37,256 nt of DNA from the IMG/VR virus record IMGVR_UViG_3300008018_000002. One strand, given 5' to 3'. This DNA is from a virus. The first letter of the stretch is position 1; every line of letters starts with the position of its first letter. The position numbers and the translations under genes were made by a program. The notes below the pieces were generated by a model. It had not been told where the DNA came from. It made no database searches and worked only from the letters and a program-made list of their open reading frames with translations. Shown one piece after another: positions 25,122 through 32,489 of this stretch.

Positions 25122-25501
25122 ACAAATTCTCCACCCCCATCGATTTCGTAAAGCACTGCTGGTCGGCCGGATCATTGATCGTCCGCACCACGAACAATGT
25201 CGAGTTCCAAAGCGACAGATTCGGCGACATCGAGATCCCATCCGGAACACTCTCCGACGGCGCATCCGTCCCCCGGATGTTCTGGCCGATCTTCTCCCCG
25301 TTCGACGGCGACTATTTCGACTCCGCCGTCCTACACGACATGATCTACCGCGACCGCGCCACCAAGTTCACCCGCGCGGAAGCCGACCTGATTTTCCTCG
25401 AAGCCATGAAATCCCTCGGAGTCGGATGGTTCAAGCGCACCCTCGTCTATCGCGCCGTCCGCATCGGAGGCGCAGCCCCTTGGAGAAACGCCAGAACATG
25501 A
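25118..25501 (+). CDS. DUF1353-like protein
   Basis: IPSGTLSDGASVPRMFW...DSAVLHDMIY matches the remembered DUF1353 pattern. ATGA-coupled on both sides. Confidence 0.5.
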   Translation: MNKFSTPIDFVKHCWSAGSLIVRTTNNVEFQSDRFGDIEIPSGTLSDGASVPRMFWPIFSPFDGDYFDSAVLHDMIYRDRATKFTRAEADLIFLEAMKSLGVGWFKRTLVYRAVRIGGAAPWRNART

Positions 25502-25647
25502 AAACATCACTCATCACCGCCGCCCTCGCCCTCCTCGCCCTGTATTTCCTAACAAGCTGCACCCTCACCGTCTCACCGGACGGAACGCGGACATGGGGCA
25601 TGGACGGGGAGCAAGCTGCAAGAGCCATCATCATCTACGCAAAATGA
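25498..25647 (+). CDS. small lipoprotein (spanin-like candidate)
   Basis: Signal peptide MKTSLITAALALLALYFLTSC with an L-T-S-C lipobox. 49 aa, ATGA-coupled. Confidence 0.6.
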   Translation: MKTSLITAALALLALYFLTSCTLTVSPDGTRTWGMDGEQAARAIIIYAK

Positions 25648-26210
25648 CACGCCAGGAAATCACCGAAACACAGCGCCGGATTGGAACCGTCCCCGATGGA
25701 TTCTGGGGAGCTAAGAGCATCGCCGCTTGCCAGAAACATCTTCGGGCGCTCATGCCAAATCCGAAGCCGTGGCCTGCCTCATCGCAAGCCGCCCTCACCG
25801 CCTTCTACGGCGCTCCCGGCGATGAATCCCAACTGATCGGGATCAGCGTAACAGGACTAGGCGTTAAATACGAGGGGCAGGCCGTCCGCTCAATCCGCTG
25901 CCATCGCAAAGTGGCTGACTCACTCCTGCGGATCGTAACCGCCCTTTCACAGATCCCCGAAGGCCGCGAAATCATTGGTAAATATGCCGGGGTCTATAAT
26001 AACCGACCGATGCGCGGAGGCTCGCTGCCGTCACTACATGCACGGGGCGCTGCTATCGACCTCGACCCAGGCTCAAACCGCAATAAACAGGCATGGCCGG
26101 TATCAGCAACCATGCCGCTCGCCGTGATGGAGGCTTTCGCCGCCGAGGGATGGCTGTCCGCCGGCGCATTCTGGGGGCGCGATGCAATGCATTTCCAGGC
26201 TACTCAATAG
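25644..26210 (+). CDS. endolysin, M15-family zinc peptidase with N-terminal peptidoglycan-binding-like segment
   Basis: SLHARGAAIDLD and GRDAMHFQ are the H-x6-D...H metal ligands of the VanY/M15 type. VPDGFWGAKSIAACQKHL is PG-binding-like. Confidence 0.75.
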   Translation: MTRQEITETQRRIGTVPDGFWGAKSIAACQKHLRALMPNPKPWPASSQAALTAFYGAPGDESQLIGISVTGLGVKYEGQAVRSIRCHRKVADSLLRIVTALSQIPEGREIIGKYAGVYNNRPMRGGSLPSLHARGAAIDLDPGSNRNKQAWPVSATMPLAVMEAFAAEGWLSAGAFWGRDAMHFQATQ

Positions 26211-26239
26211 CTGGCGAGGATCGAAATCATGGAACGTCG

Positions 26240-26410
26240 TCACCCGCTGACCTTCCCCCTCAGCCTCTCCAGTATATCCGGCTGTTGCCACTTAGGAGGC
26301 TTGCGGCGACCACTGAGCCAGTCGTAGGCCGTCGCTTTTTTGCAGCCGACCGCCTCGGAGATTTGCGCGGCGCTGTAACCGCTGAGTGATTTCGCGAATG
26401 TTTTTTTCAT
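26240..26410 (-). CDS. small HTH regulator (Cro/CI- or YdaS-like), 56 aa
   Basis: YSAAQISEAVGCKKATAYDWLSGRRKPP is an HTH. Divergent from the early operon. ATG at 26410 (the track start 26431 is TTG). Confidence 0.6.
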   Translation of the reverse strand: MKKTFAKSLSGYSAAQISEAVGCKKATAYDWLSGRRKPPKWQQPDILERLRGKVSG

Positions 26411-26446
26411 CGGCAAATCCTTGCGCCGCAAAGCGTTTTAGTCAAA
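26411..26446 (-). promoter_or_regulatory. promoter-like element on - strand (TTTGACT 36 nt before ATG 26410)
   Basis: The - strand reads TTTGACTAAAACGCTTTGCGGCGCAAGGATTTGCCG-ATG, the same distance as the late copies. AAGGAT could instead be a Shine-Dalgarno. Confidence 0.4.
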
Positions 26447-26470
26447 GCCTAAAAAAAGATAAAAAAGATG

Positions 26471-26498
26471 TTGCAAATCGTTCGGCATTGCCTAGACT
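26471..26498 (+). promoter_or_regulatory. early rightward promoter candidate TTGCAA-16 nt-TAGACT
   Basis: Lies back-to-back with the - strand element across an A-rich tract that carries AAAAAAGAT twice. Confidence 0.5.
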
Positions 26499-26551
26499 GA
26501 TTTCAGTTGAGCGAGACGCGCTCACAAAAAACAAACCAACCGACCAAGAAA

Positions 26552-26746
26552 ATGAACAACACCATCAACACCGACCAACTCACCGAGTTCAGCGTAGTTT
26601 ACGTATCTGATTTTCAGCCTCTATCTGATTTCCATGACGAGTGCAATTTTGAGACACTGGCAGAGGCCGAGGCCGTTATCGCCACGGATGACGCGGAATA
26701 CGTTTACCACCGCGATGAAGACGGTGAATGGATCAACATTTGCTAG
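26552..26746 (+). CDS. very acidic small protein (64 aa), first early gene
   Basis: By my count, 16 Asp/Glu versus 1 Arg/Lys. First ATG in the ORF. Confidence 0.5.
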   Translation: MNNTINTDQLTEFSVVYVSDFQPLSDFHDECNFETLAEAEAVIATDDAEYVYHRDEDGEWINIC

Positions 26747-26814
26747 AATCTCCCAACCCTCCCGCGCTTTTCCTTGGTCGGTTGACCGGGAGGCGCGGGG
26801 AACTCCTTAAAATA

Positions 26815-27015
26815 ATGAACGAATTACCACCACCCCCAAAAGGATACGAACTCGCCGGAATCCTTGGCGATTACGAAGGCGACGTTTACGGACATGTCTG
26901 CCCCAAAGGCGAATGGTTCGGGCCATGCGAATGGAACGGCATGAAGGGAGGAGCGGACATAACGAGCTACCACTGGCCGTTTGCAAAACTCATCCAAGAG
27001 GAGGGCGCACAATGA
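26815..27015 (+). CDS. hypothetical protein (66 aa)
   Basis: ATG preceded by an A-rich leader. The stop overlaps the next start. Confidence 0.45.
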   Translation: MNELPPPPKGYELAGILGDYEGDVYGHVCPKGEWFGPCEWNGMKGGADITSYHWPFAKLIQEEGAQ

Positions 27016-27242
27016 GGCTTTTTTACGCAGGGGTTTTGCCATCCATTGAGGACGAAACACGCTACGCAGCGCCGCCGGATGATCGCGACGAGGACCACAT
27101 CGAGCTTACCCCTTTCGAGGAAGGCCAGGAGGCTCACGAATACTACCACGGGATCGAAACGAATCCCTACGGCTACGAACGCCACCCGGATTACCACGAC
27201 GAATGGGTGAGGGGATGGTATTCGGAGGGGGTGACAATCTAA
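27012..27242 (+). CDS. small acidic protein, possible Rmf/CrpP-like fold
   Basis: EEGQEAHEYYHGIETNPYGY...DEWVRGWYSEG resembles the Gx2Ax3Gx4(C/N)PYx..Wx2GW pattern. Confidence 0.4.
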   Translation: MRLFYAGVLPSIEDETRYAAPPDDRDEDHIELTPFEEGQEAHEYYHGIETNPYGYERHPDYHDEWVRGWYSEGVTI

Positions 27243-27267
27243 AGCTTTCGATGACTATCTTAAATCA

Positions 27268-27297
27268 CCCGCTGAGTTCGCAAGAGCCAGCGGGTTT
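27268..27297 (+). terminator. hairpin with GCAA tetraloop followed by TTT (weak terminator or structured RNA)
   Basis: CCCGCTG/CAGCGGG forms the outer stem, GTTC/GAGC the inner stem (one G-U pair, one bulged A), and GCAA the loop, followed by TTTCGGGG. Confidence 0.4.
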
Positions 27298-27396
27298 CGG
27301 GGTGCCAGCCCCTAGGACGGGCGCACAACCAATGGAGGTAATCAGATGAAGTAATTCCACAGCATTCGGGCAGCGATCCGTCACGGCAAATTTATT

Positions 27397-27654
27397 ATGA
27401 AGAACCCCGCTGGCATACCGGGACCCGTATGCCACCACTTTCCACGACTAGAACACATGCAGCCAATACCCGACAAATGCCGGACCCTGGCAAAACCTGG
27501 ATACATCGCGATAATCACGCACAGGGGCGCGGAGATCGCAATTTACCACCCGAGCCTGACCGGACTGGAAACAGCCCACAAAATCATCACCGGGACGACC
27601 GCGCCGATCAGCCCCGAGAACATAACACTAGTAAACATCAAGAAAGCACCATGA
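27397..27654 (+). CDS. hypothetical protein (85 aa)
   Basis: ORF after a 154-nt structured gap. Confidence 0.4.
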   Translation: MKNPAGIPGPVCHHFPRLEHMQPIPDKCRTLAKPGYIAIITHRGAEIAIYHPSLTGLETAHKIITGTTAPISPENITLVNIKKAP

Positions 27655-27670
27655 CAACCACCAAACAACA

Positions 27671-27874
27671 ATGAACGAATACATCCCAAACAAATCCGTA
27701 ATCGACATCACAAACGAAATCGAACTGATCCGCCGCATGTCTCCCAGCCGTAACCTTAACCGTCGACGCAAGCATCGGAGCCTTGATTGGGTCTGGATAT
27801 TGTTTCTGCGAGTCATCATGGCTGTTTGGATCATATCACTGCTATGCCTCGTCGCGTATCTCTTCATCGGATAA
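27671..27874 (+). CDS. small tail-anchored membrane protein (67 aa)
   Basis: C-terminal hydrophobic helix WVWILFLRVIMAVWIISLLCLVAYLFI after a basic stretch. Confidence 0.45.
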   Translation: MNEYIPNKSVIDITNEIELIRRMSPSRNLNRRRKHRSLDWVWILFLRVIMAVWIISLLCLVAYLFIG

Positions 27875-28048
27875 ATCTACAAAACAAACTTCTCCCGCCA
27901 TGACCCGAGAGGGTAGGGATAGCCGCAACGCATGGGAAGGCACGGCTCGGAAACTAGTAAAACGCAAATGCGGGAAACCAATTCTCAATAGCTAGCAAAA
28001 ATCGGGACAGCCGGAAAGACGGCAACACTCTCCAAAACAAACGATAAT

Positions 28049-28846
28049 ATGAGCAACCAAATAGCAACACTACGAAACACGATATCATCACCCGCAATGC
28101 AAAAGCAATTCGCTGCCGCATTGCCCCGGCATTTGTCCGCCGAAAGATTCGGACGCATCGCAATCACGGCATTGACGCGCACCCCGAAGCTGGTGGACTG
28201 CACACAAGAAAGCCTTTTTAAATGCCTGCTCGACCTTTCCGCGATGGGACTTGAGCCGGACGGAAGACGCGCCCACTTGATCCCGTATGGAAAGGAATGC
28301 ACCCTTGTAGTGGATTACAAAGGCCTGGTCGAGCTTGTCCGTAGATCCGGCGACGTTGCGAAAATCCACGCCGATACGGTATGCGAGAACGACGAGTTTG
28401 AGCATTCGATGGGCGAGGTAACGCGGCATACCTACGACCTCAAGAATGATCGAGGAGAGCCATACGCGGCATACGCGCAAGTCACGCTGAAGGATGGCAG
28501 TGTGCAAGCTGAAATCATGTCCAAGGCTGATATCGAGAAGATCCGCAAATCATCGAAGGCGGGACAGTCGGGGCCATGGGTCGCGCATTGGAGCGAGATG
28601 GCAAAAAAGACCGCATTCCGCCGCCTTACGAAATGGCTAACGCTTTGCCCTGAGATCCAGGACAGCATCGCTAAGGCCGATTCCTACGAGTTCCCGCAGA
28701 TGCGAAACGCCACCCCGCAGCAGCATGTCCTGCCCGACACCAACCCGTTTCGGAAAAAGGAAGAGGTTCCGGTGATCGATGAAGATTCCGCGCCCGATGA
28801 CGACAAGTGGGAAGCTGAACCAAAAGAGGAGGAGGAAGGACAATGA
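28049..28846 (+). CDS. recT: RecT-family single-strand annealing protein
   Basis: FAAALPRHLSAERFGRIAITALTRTPKLVDCTQESLFKCLLDLSAMGLEPDGRRAHLIPYG is the typical RecT N-terminal core. Confidence 0.85.
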   Translation: MSNQIATLRNTISSPAMQKQFAAALPRHLSAERFGRIAITALTRTPKLVDCTQESLFKCLLDLSAMGLEPDGRRAHLIPYGKECTLVVDYKGLVELVRRSGDVAKIHADTVCENDEFEHSMGEVTRHTYDLKNDRGEPYAAYAQVTLKDGSVQAEIMSKADIEKIRKSSKAGQSGPWVAHWSEMAKKTAFRRLTKWLTLCPEIQDSIAKADSYEFPQMRNATPQQHVLPDTNPFRKKEEVPVIDEDSAPDDDKWEAEPKEEEEGQ

Positions 28847-29118
28847 GCGCAACCAATGACGGAGGTTCTATCGCCCCAAATATGATCCACCGGACGCAGT
28901 ACGGAAATCATATCGAAAGCATGATAACTCTTGAGGCGGACGGCTGTCTTTCCATGCGCGACTGGTTCGCTGGCATGGCAATCACTGGAACCATTGATGC
29001 CTGCCAATTCGATATGTTGAACAACGGGGAAACTATCCAGCAAATGTTTGCAAGGAAAGCATATGCTCTTGCCGACGCAATGCTAGCTGCCCGCGAAGCA
29101 AAGGAGGAAGGACAATGA
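28843..29118 (+). CDS. hypothetical protein (91 aa)
   Basis: GGAGGAAGGACA precedes the ATG. MRDWFAGMAITG...AYALADAMLAAR is a pattern seen in many phage small proteins. Confidence 0.5.
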   Translation: MSATNDGGSIAPNMIHRTQYGNHIESMITLEADGCLSMRDWFAGMAITGTIDACQFDMLNNGETIQQMFARKAYALADAMLAAREAKEEGQ

Positions 29119-29381
29119 AAGAGATAGTCACCACGACCGCTAATTTCCTCGCTGTCATAGCTGGCGGGAAACTTAGGCCGGAGATTGAGGTGGGGCTGGT
29201 TCTCAGTGAGCCGACCTACCGCCCGGATCATGGGGGAGAGATGATCCGTGAAAGGAAATTTGAAACCGTTAGGTTCTCCGCTAGCCCTCACATACTGCGA
29301 CGGATGGCTGAGGGCCTGATAGAGTTTGCTGACGATGCTGAAAAAGAGATCGTCGGCATGATCGAAGGAGGGATGAAATGA
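29115..29381 (+). CDS. hypothetical protein (88 aa)
   Basis: AAGGAGGAAGGACA-ATG. ATGA-coupled. Confidence 0.5.
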   Translation: MKEIVTTTANFLAVIAGGKLRPEIEVGLVLSEPTYRPDHGGEMIRERKFETVRFSASPHILRRMAEGLIEFADDAEKEIVGMIEGGMK

Positions 29382-29623
29382 AAATCAAAATCACATTAAA
29401 AGATCCTGATGGATTCTATGAGGCGATCAGGGAAGCCGCTGAAAAGCAGGTATTGGAAACCATAGGGCATAGCCAACTTGGAACTGAAGAACTTATTGAA
29501 GAACTTATTGAAAAACGCCATGAAGCTATTGCCGAATACTTAAAAAGATGGGTTGATTATGGCGAATATGTAAGTATCGAATTTGACCTAGACCAAGCAA
29601 CCACAACCGTAATCAAGCAATGA
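29378..29623 (+). CDS. hypothetical protein (81 aa)
   Basis: GAAGGAGGG upstream of the ATG. Low GC. Contains the 12-bp tandem repeat GAAGAACTTATT x2 at 29486-29509 (ELIEELIE). Confidence 0.5.
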   Translation: MKIKITLKDPDGFYEAIREAAEKQVLETIGHSQLGTEELIEELIEKRHEAIAEYLKRWVDYGEYVSIEFDLDQATTTVIKQ

Positions 29624-30444
29624 ACCACCTATTCCCAGACTGCAAAATCCACACCATGCCCCAAAGGAGCGAGGCATGGTATGAGATCCGAAAAGACAAG
29701 CTCACCGCTTCCATCATTGGCTCATGGCTCGCAGAAGCACCCGTCGCACGCATCACGGTTGACGAGATTAAGACCATCCTCGACCGATTCGCGCTGCCCT
29801 ACAAGAAGAGCGGAGCAAAGCCCGAGCTTATGGCCTTGCTCCCGCCCGAGATGCTGCCGCGACCGGACATTAGCCAAGGATCCAAGGACGCTCGCCACAC
29901 GTCCATCTGTCGCATCATCGGGGCAATGTCCAACTGCGCCGTTCCCGACCAATGGGAGGTTGACCCCGATGGCCCACCGCCGCGCAATCCGGCTATGTGG
30001 GCAATCTGGAACGGTATCAGGCAGGAAGCTGCCGCCGTGAGAGCATTTGAGGCGTGGAGCGGAGAAACCATCCTAGAGGTCGGATTCTGCGAGCATAAAT
30101 CAGGCGTGGCAGGATGCTCGCCGGATGGGATTATCGTCGTCAAACCAATCGGATTTGAAGGCAAGGCACCTATGCCGGCGACTCACGTTGGATACGTCCT
30201 GAATCCTGACAGCCTGGTCAAAACCTACGGAGATCAATGCCATTTTTCGATGGCTACAACTGGCGCTCAGGCATGGTGGCTGCAATCATACTGCCCCGGA
30301 CTGCCGACTGTTCGCGTCCTTATCGAGCGCGACGACTATACGGAGCGCATGGCCGCTGGAATTGATGAGTTCGCGGAACACCTGGAATCTGCGCGGGATG
30401 AAATCGCCAGCCTTTGGGATGCTGAATTTGAGGCGAAAATTTGA
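29620..30444 (+). CDS. YqaJ/lambda-Exo-type recombination exonuclease with SAP/HeH-like insert
   Basis: QRSEAWYEIRKDKLTASIIG is the YqaJ N-motif. GCSPDGII and FEGKAP match the PD-(D/E)xK core. Partner of RecT. Confidence 0.75.
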   Translation: MNHLFPDCKIHTMPQRSEAWYEIRKDKLTASIIGSWLAEAPVARITVDEIKTILDRFALPYKKSGAKPELMALLPPEMLPRPDISQGSKDARHTSICRIIGAMSNCAVPDQWEVDPDGPPPRNPAMWAIWNGIRQEAAAVRAFEAWSGETILEVGFCEHKSGVAGCSPDGIIVVKPIGFEGKAPMPATHVGYVLNPDSLVKTYGDQCHFSMATTGAQAWWLQSYCPGLPTVRVLIERDDYTERMAAGIDEFAEHLESARDEIASLWDAEFEAKI

Positions 30445-30459
30445 GAACCGAACAACAAT

Positions 30460-30678
30460 ATGAAACCATACTACTACATATACCGACCTGGATATAGTCA
30501 GCCAACAGTCAAGCATTCCAGCTTGAACAAAGCGCAAGAAGAGTCGCTAAGGCTTGCCGCGAAACATCCCGGCGCTCAATTTGAGATCCTGCAATGCGTC
30601 GCGATCACGATGACAACGACCCCACGGACGTTCTGGATGGACGGCGTTGACCCATCTAATGAGGAGGGCGGGCAATGA
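30460..30678 (+). CDS. hypothetical protein (72 aa)
   Basis: ORF with an ATG start. The stop overlaps the next start. Confidence 0.45.
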   Translation: MKPYYYIYRPGYSQPTVKHSSLNKAQEESLRLAAKHPGAQFEILQCVAITMTTTPRTFWMDGVDPSNEEGGQ

Positions 30679-30980
30679 GTAAATCACAACACACGCCGGG
30701 GCCATGGTCATTCTCGAGTGAGGGACACGGATCATTTTACATCAGAGACAACAATGGGCATCAGCTCATATGGCTTGGACATTCCTCTCAGTTCGATGAT
30801 GGAGAAAATGAAGCGAACGCCCGACTGATAGCCGCCGCTCCGGACTTTTTAGTATCCGCGCAAGCCTTAGTTGACCGATGGGAAACGCCGATGTGGAAGG
30901 ATGCGTCTCATACCGCGAAATACATTGATGATTTAAAAAAAGCAATCAACAAAGCAACCGGAAAGGAAGTCACACTATGA
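30675..30980 (+). CDS. conserved phage protein of unknown function (101 aa)
   Basis: HTPGPW...EANARLIAAAPDFL is a motif I recall from many phage and prophage ORFs. GAGGAGGGCGGGCA-ATG. Confidence 0.55.
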   Translation: MSKSQHTPGPWSFSSEGHGSFYIRDNNGHQLIWLGHSSQFDDGENEANARLIAAAPDFLVSAQALVDRWETPMWKDASHTAKYIDDLKKAINKATGKEVTL

Positions 30981-31261
30981 ACGAACTATTTGACATACCG
31001 GAAAGCAAGTCGCCAAGACTGCAATGGATCGAGCGTGAACGTATCCTAACGCATCAAGCATCACATATGCCGGAGCCTTGGATGGCTATACAGCCTTTAC
31101 TTATCGACGCGGGAAAAGACCTGCCGACGATCATGGAGGAATCATGCCGGATATACGAGGAATACAATATCATTGGTTACGGCCAATCAGAGGACGATGC
31201 GATCACAAATCTTGCCAAGGCCATCGGGCTTAAGCTTTGGAATGAGGAGGGCGCTGTATGA
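30977..31261 (+). CDS. hypothetical protein (94 aa)
   Basis: ATGA-coupled on both sides. Confidence 0.5.
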   Translation: MNELFDIPESKSPRLQWIERERILTHQASHMPEPWMAIQPLLIDAGKDLPTIMEESCRIYEEYNIIGYGQSEDDAITNLAKAIGLKLWNEEGAV

Positions 31262-31509
31262 ATGGCCTGAAAACACACAGCCCCGACAAATGCTCCGGGA
31301 GTCATTGCTGTATCCACAACCCATCCGATCACCACATGCGCGAATGGCCTATGTCATGGCGTGACGATAAGGGCGTGATGGAGCGGATATGCCCGCACGG
31401 CATAGGCCATCCAGATCCAGATGACGTAGCGCATGGAATCCGCATTGGCCGCGACGAATCATTGAACATCCATGGTTGCGACGGATGTTGCAGGGAGGGA
31501 GCTGTATGA
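31258..31509 (+). CDS. Cys/His-rich small protein (83 aa), probable metal-binding
   Basis: CSGSHCCIHNPSDHH...CPHGIGHPDPDD...HGCDGCC. Confidence 0.5.
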   Translation: MNGLKTHSPDKCSGSHCCIHNPSDHHMREWPMSWRDDKGVMERICPHGIGHPDPDDVAHGIRIGRDESLNIHGCDGCCREGAV

Positions 31510-31892
31510 AGCCGGGCAAGGAAAACAAGGCATATCTGCTCCACACCCTGCAAACCCTATTCGGAACCGAGGAGGTCGTATGCGAACACAGATTCCACCC
31601 TGTCAGGATGTGGCGATTCGACTACGCAATTCCCAGCATCAAGCTTGCGTTAGAATATCAGGGCCATGCCGGATTCGTTCGTCCTGGAGCGTCCGGCCAT
31701 AGCTCAATCAAAGGACTAACAAACGACGCGGAGAAGTTCAACCAAGCCAATGCCCACGGCTGGCGGGTGCTATGCTTTACCGCTCTGCATTTTAGGATGA
31801 AGGATCGCCAGAAGCATAAGCTCAAACTACCGAAGGACACCATCATGGAGGTTCTGGGGATGATGCAAAACGAGAGAGAAAAACAACAATGA
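31506..31892 (+). CDS. PD-(D/E)xK endonuclease, Vsr/DUF559-like
   Basis: RFDYAIPSIKLALEYQG gives a D...E-x-Q/K core. ATGA-coupled start at 31506. Confidence 0.5.
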   Translation: MKPGKENKAYLLHTLQTLFGTEEVVCEHRFHPVRMWRFDYAIPSIKLALEYQGHAGFVRPGASGHSSIKGLTNDAEKFNQANAHGWRVLCFTALHFRMKDRQKHKLKLPKDTIMEVLGMMQNEREKQQ

Positions 31893-32092
31893 ACGAACTA
31901 AAATACTACAAACGAAACGGCTACGAGTTCCAGGTCGTCCAGCGATCCGGCGACGTATGCCGGGCAATCGGGCGACGGGGCAAAACGGAGATCCACCAGG
32001 TTATCGACCACGGGAAGTTCAGGACATTCTCCAGCGAGGAACAGGCCGTCGATCTATTCACGGAGCTATCCGAAATCGAGGGTAAGCCATGA
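31889..32092 (+). CDS. hypothetical protein (67 aa)
   Basis: ATGA-coupled. Confidence 0.45.
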   Translation: MNELKYYKRNGYEFQVVQRSGDVCRAIGRRGKTEIHQVIDHGKFRTFSSEEQAVDLFTELSEIEGKP

Positions 32093-32355
32093 AATATCCA
32101 TTTACGCGAAAAACTCTAAACGATGGATACCGAAGAGAAGTATCCTACAAAGTTGATGGATTCTGGCCAGCGATCATGATTAGGATATGTCAGTCAAAGG
32201 GCATAGATGGAGAATGGAGAGACACCGAGATATCGTGGAGCGCAGGAGGCAGGGACGGGAGTTTAAATGGTGCGGATGCCGCTTGGAACATATCATGCGC
32301 GATCCGTGATGCCGTGAAAATCGCCCGGAAATGGGACAAGAAGAAACAGCCATGA
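32089..32355 (+). CDS. hypothetical protein (88 aa)
   Basis: ATGA-coupled. Confidence 0.45.
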   Translation: MKYPFTRKTLNDGYRREVSYKVDGFWPAIMIRICQSKGIDGEWRDTEISWSAGGRDGSLNGADAAWNISCAIRDAVKIARKWDKKKQP

Positions 32356-32489
32356 AACCCCCACCGATCATCACCAAGTACGAGCAAATCCGCGATCTCA
32401 AACGAACGCTTGAAAAGACAAGGGGGCAGCTTGAAGCGGCGCTGAATGAAATTGTGAGGTTTACATTGGAGGCAAACAAGCCAAATTAA
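32352..32489 (+). CDS. small hypothetical protein (45 aa)
   Basis: Not in the ORF track because it is under 60 aa. ATGA overlap with the upstream stop. Helical sequence KYEQIRDLKRTLEKTRGQLEAALNEI. Confidence 0.4.
   Translation: MKPPPIITKYEQIRDLKRTLEKTRGQLEAALNEIVRFTLEANKPN

Noticed and set aside
24764-25647. Two long alternative-frame ORFs, 24764..25501 (245 aa) and 24880..25647 (255 aa), overlapping the lysis genes.
   Set aside because: Their N-terminal parts are Pro/Arg/Ser-rich, with no protein-like pattern, and are shadows of the GC3-rich frame. Only their 3' parts are used here, as 25118..25501 and 25498..25647, which start at ATGA overlaps.
27260-27340. A possible tRNA or other RNA gene in the structured early gap.
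   Set aside because: No cloverleaf could be drawn, and there is no T-loop GTTCRANYC or anticodon-arm geometry. Kept only as a hairpin or regulatory region.
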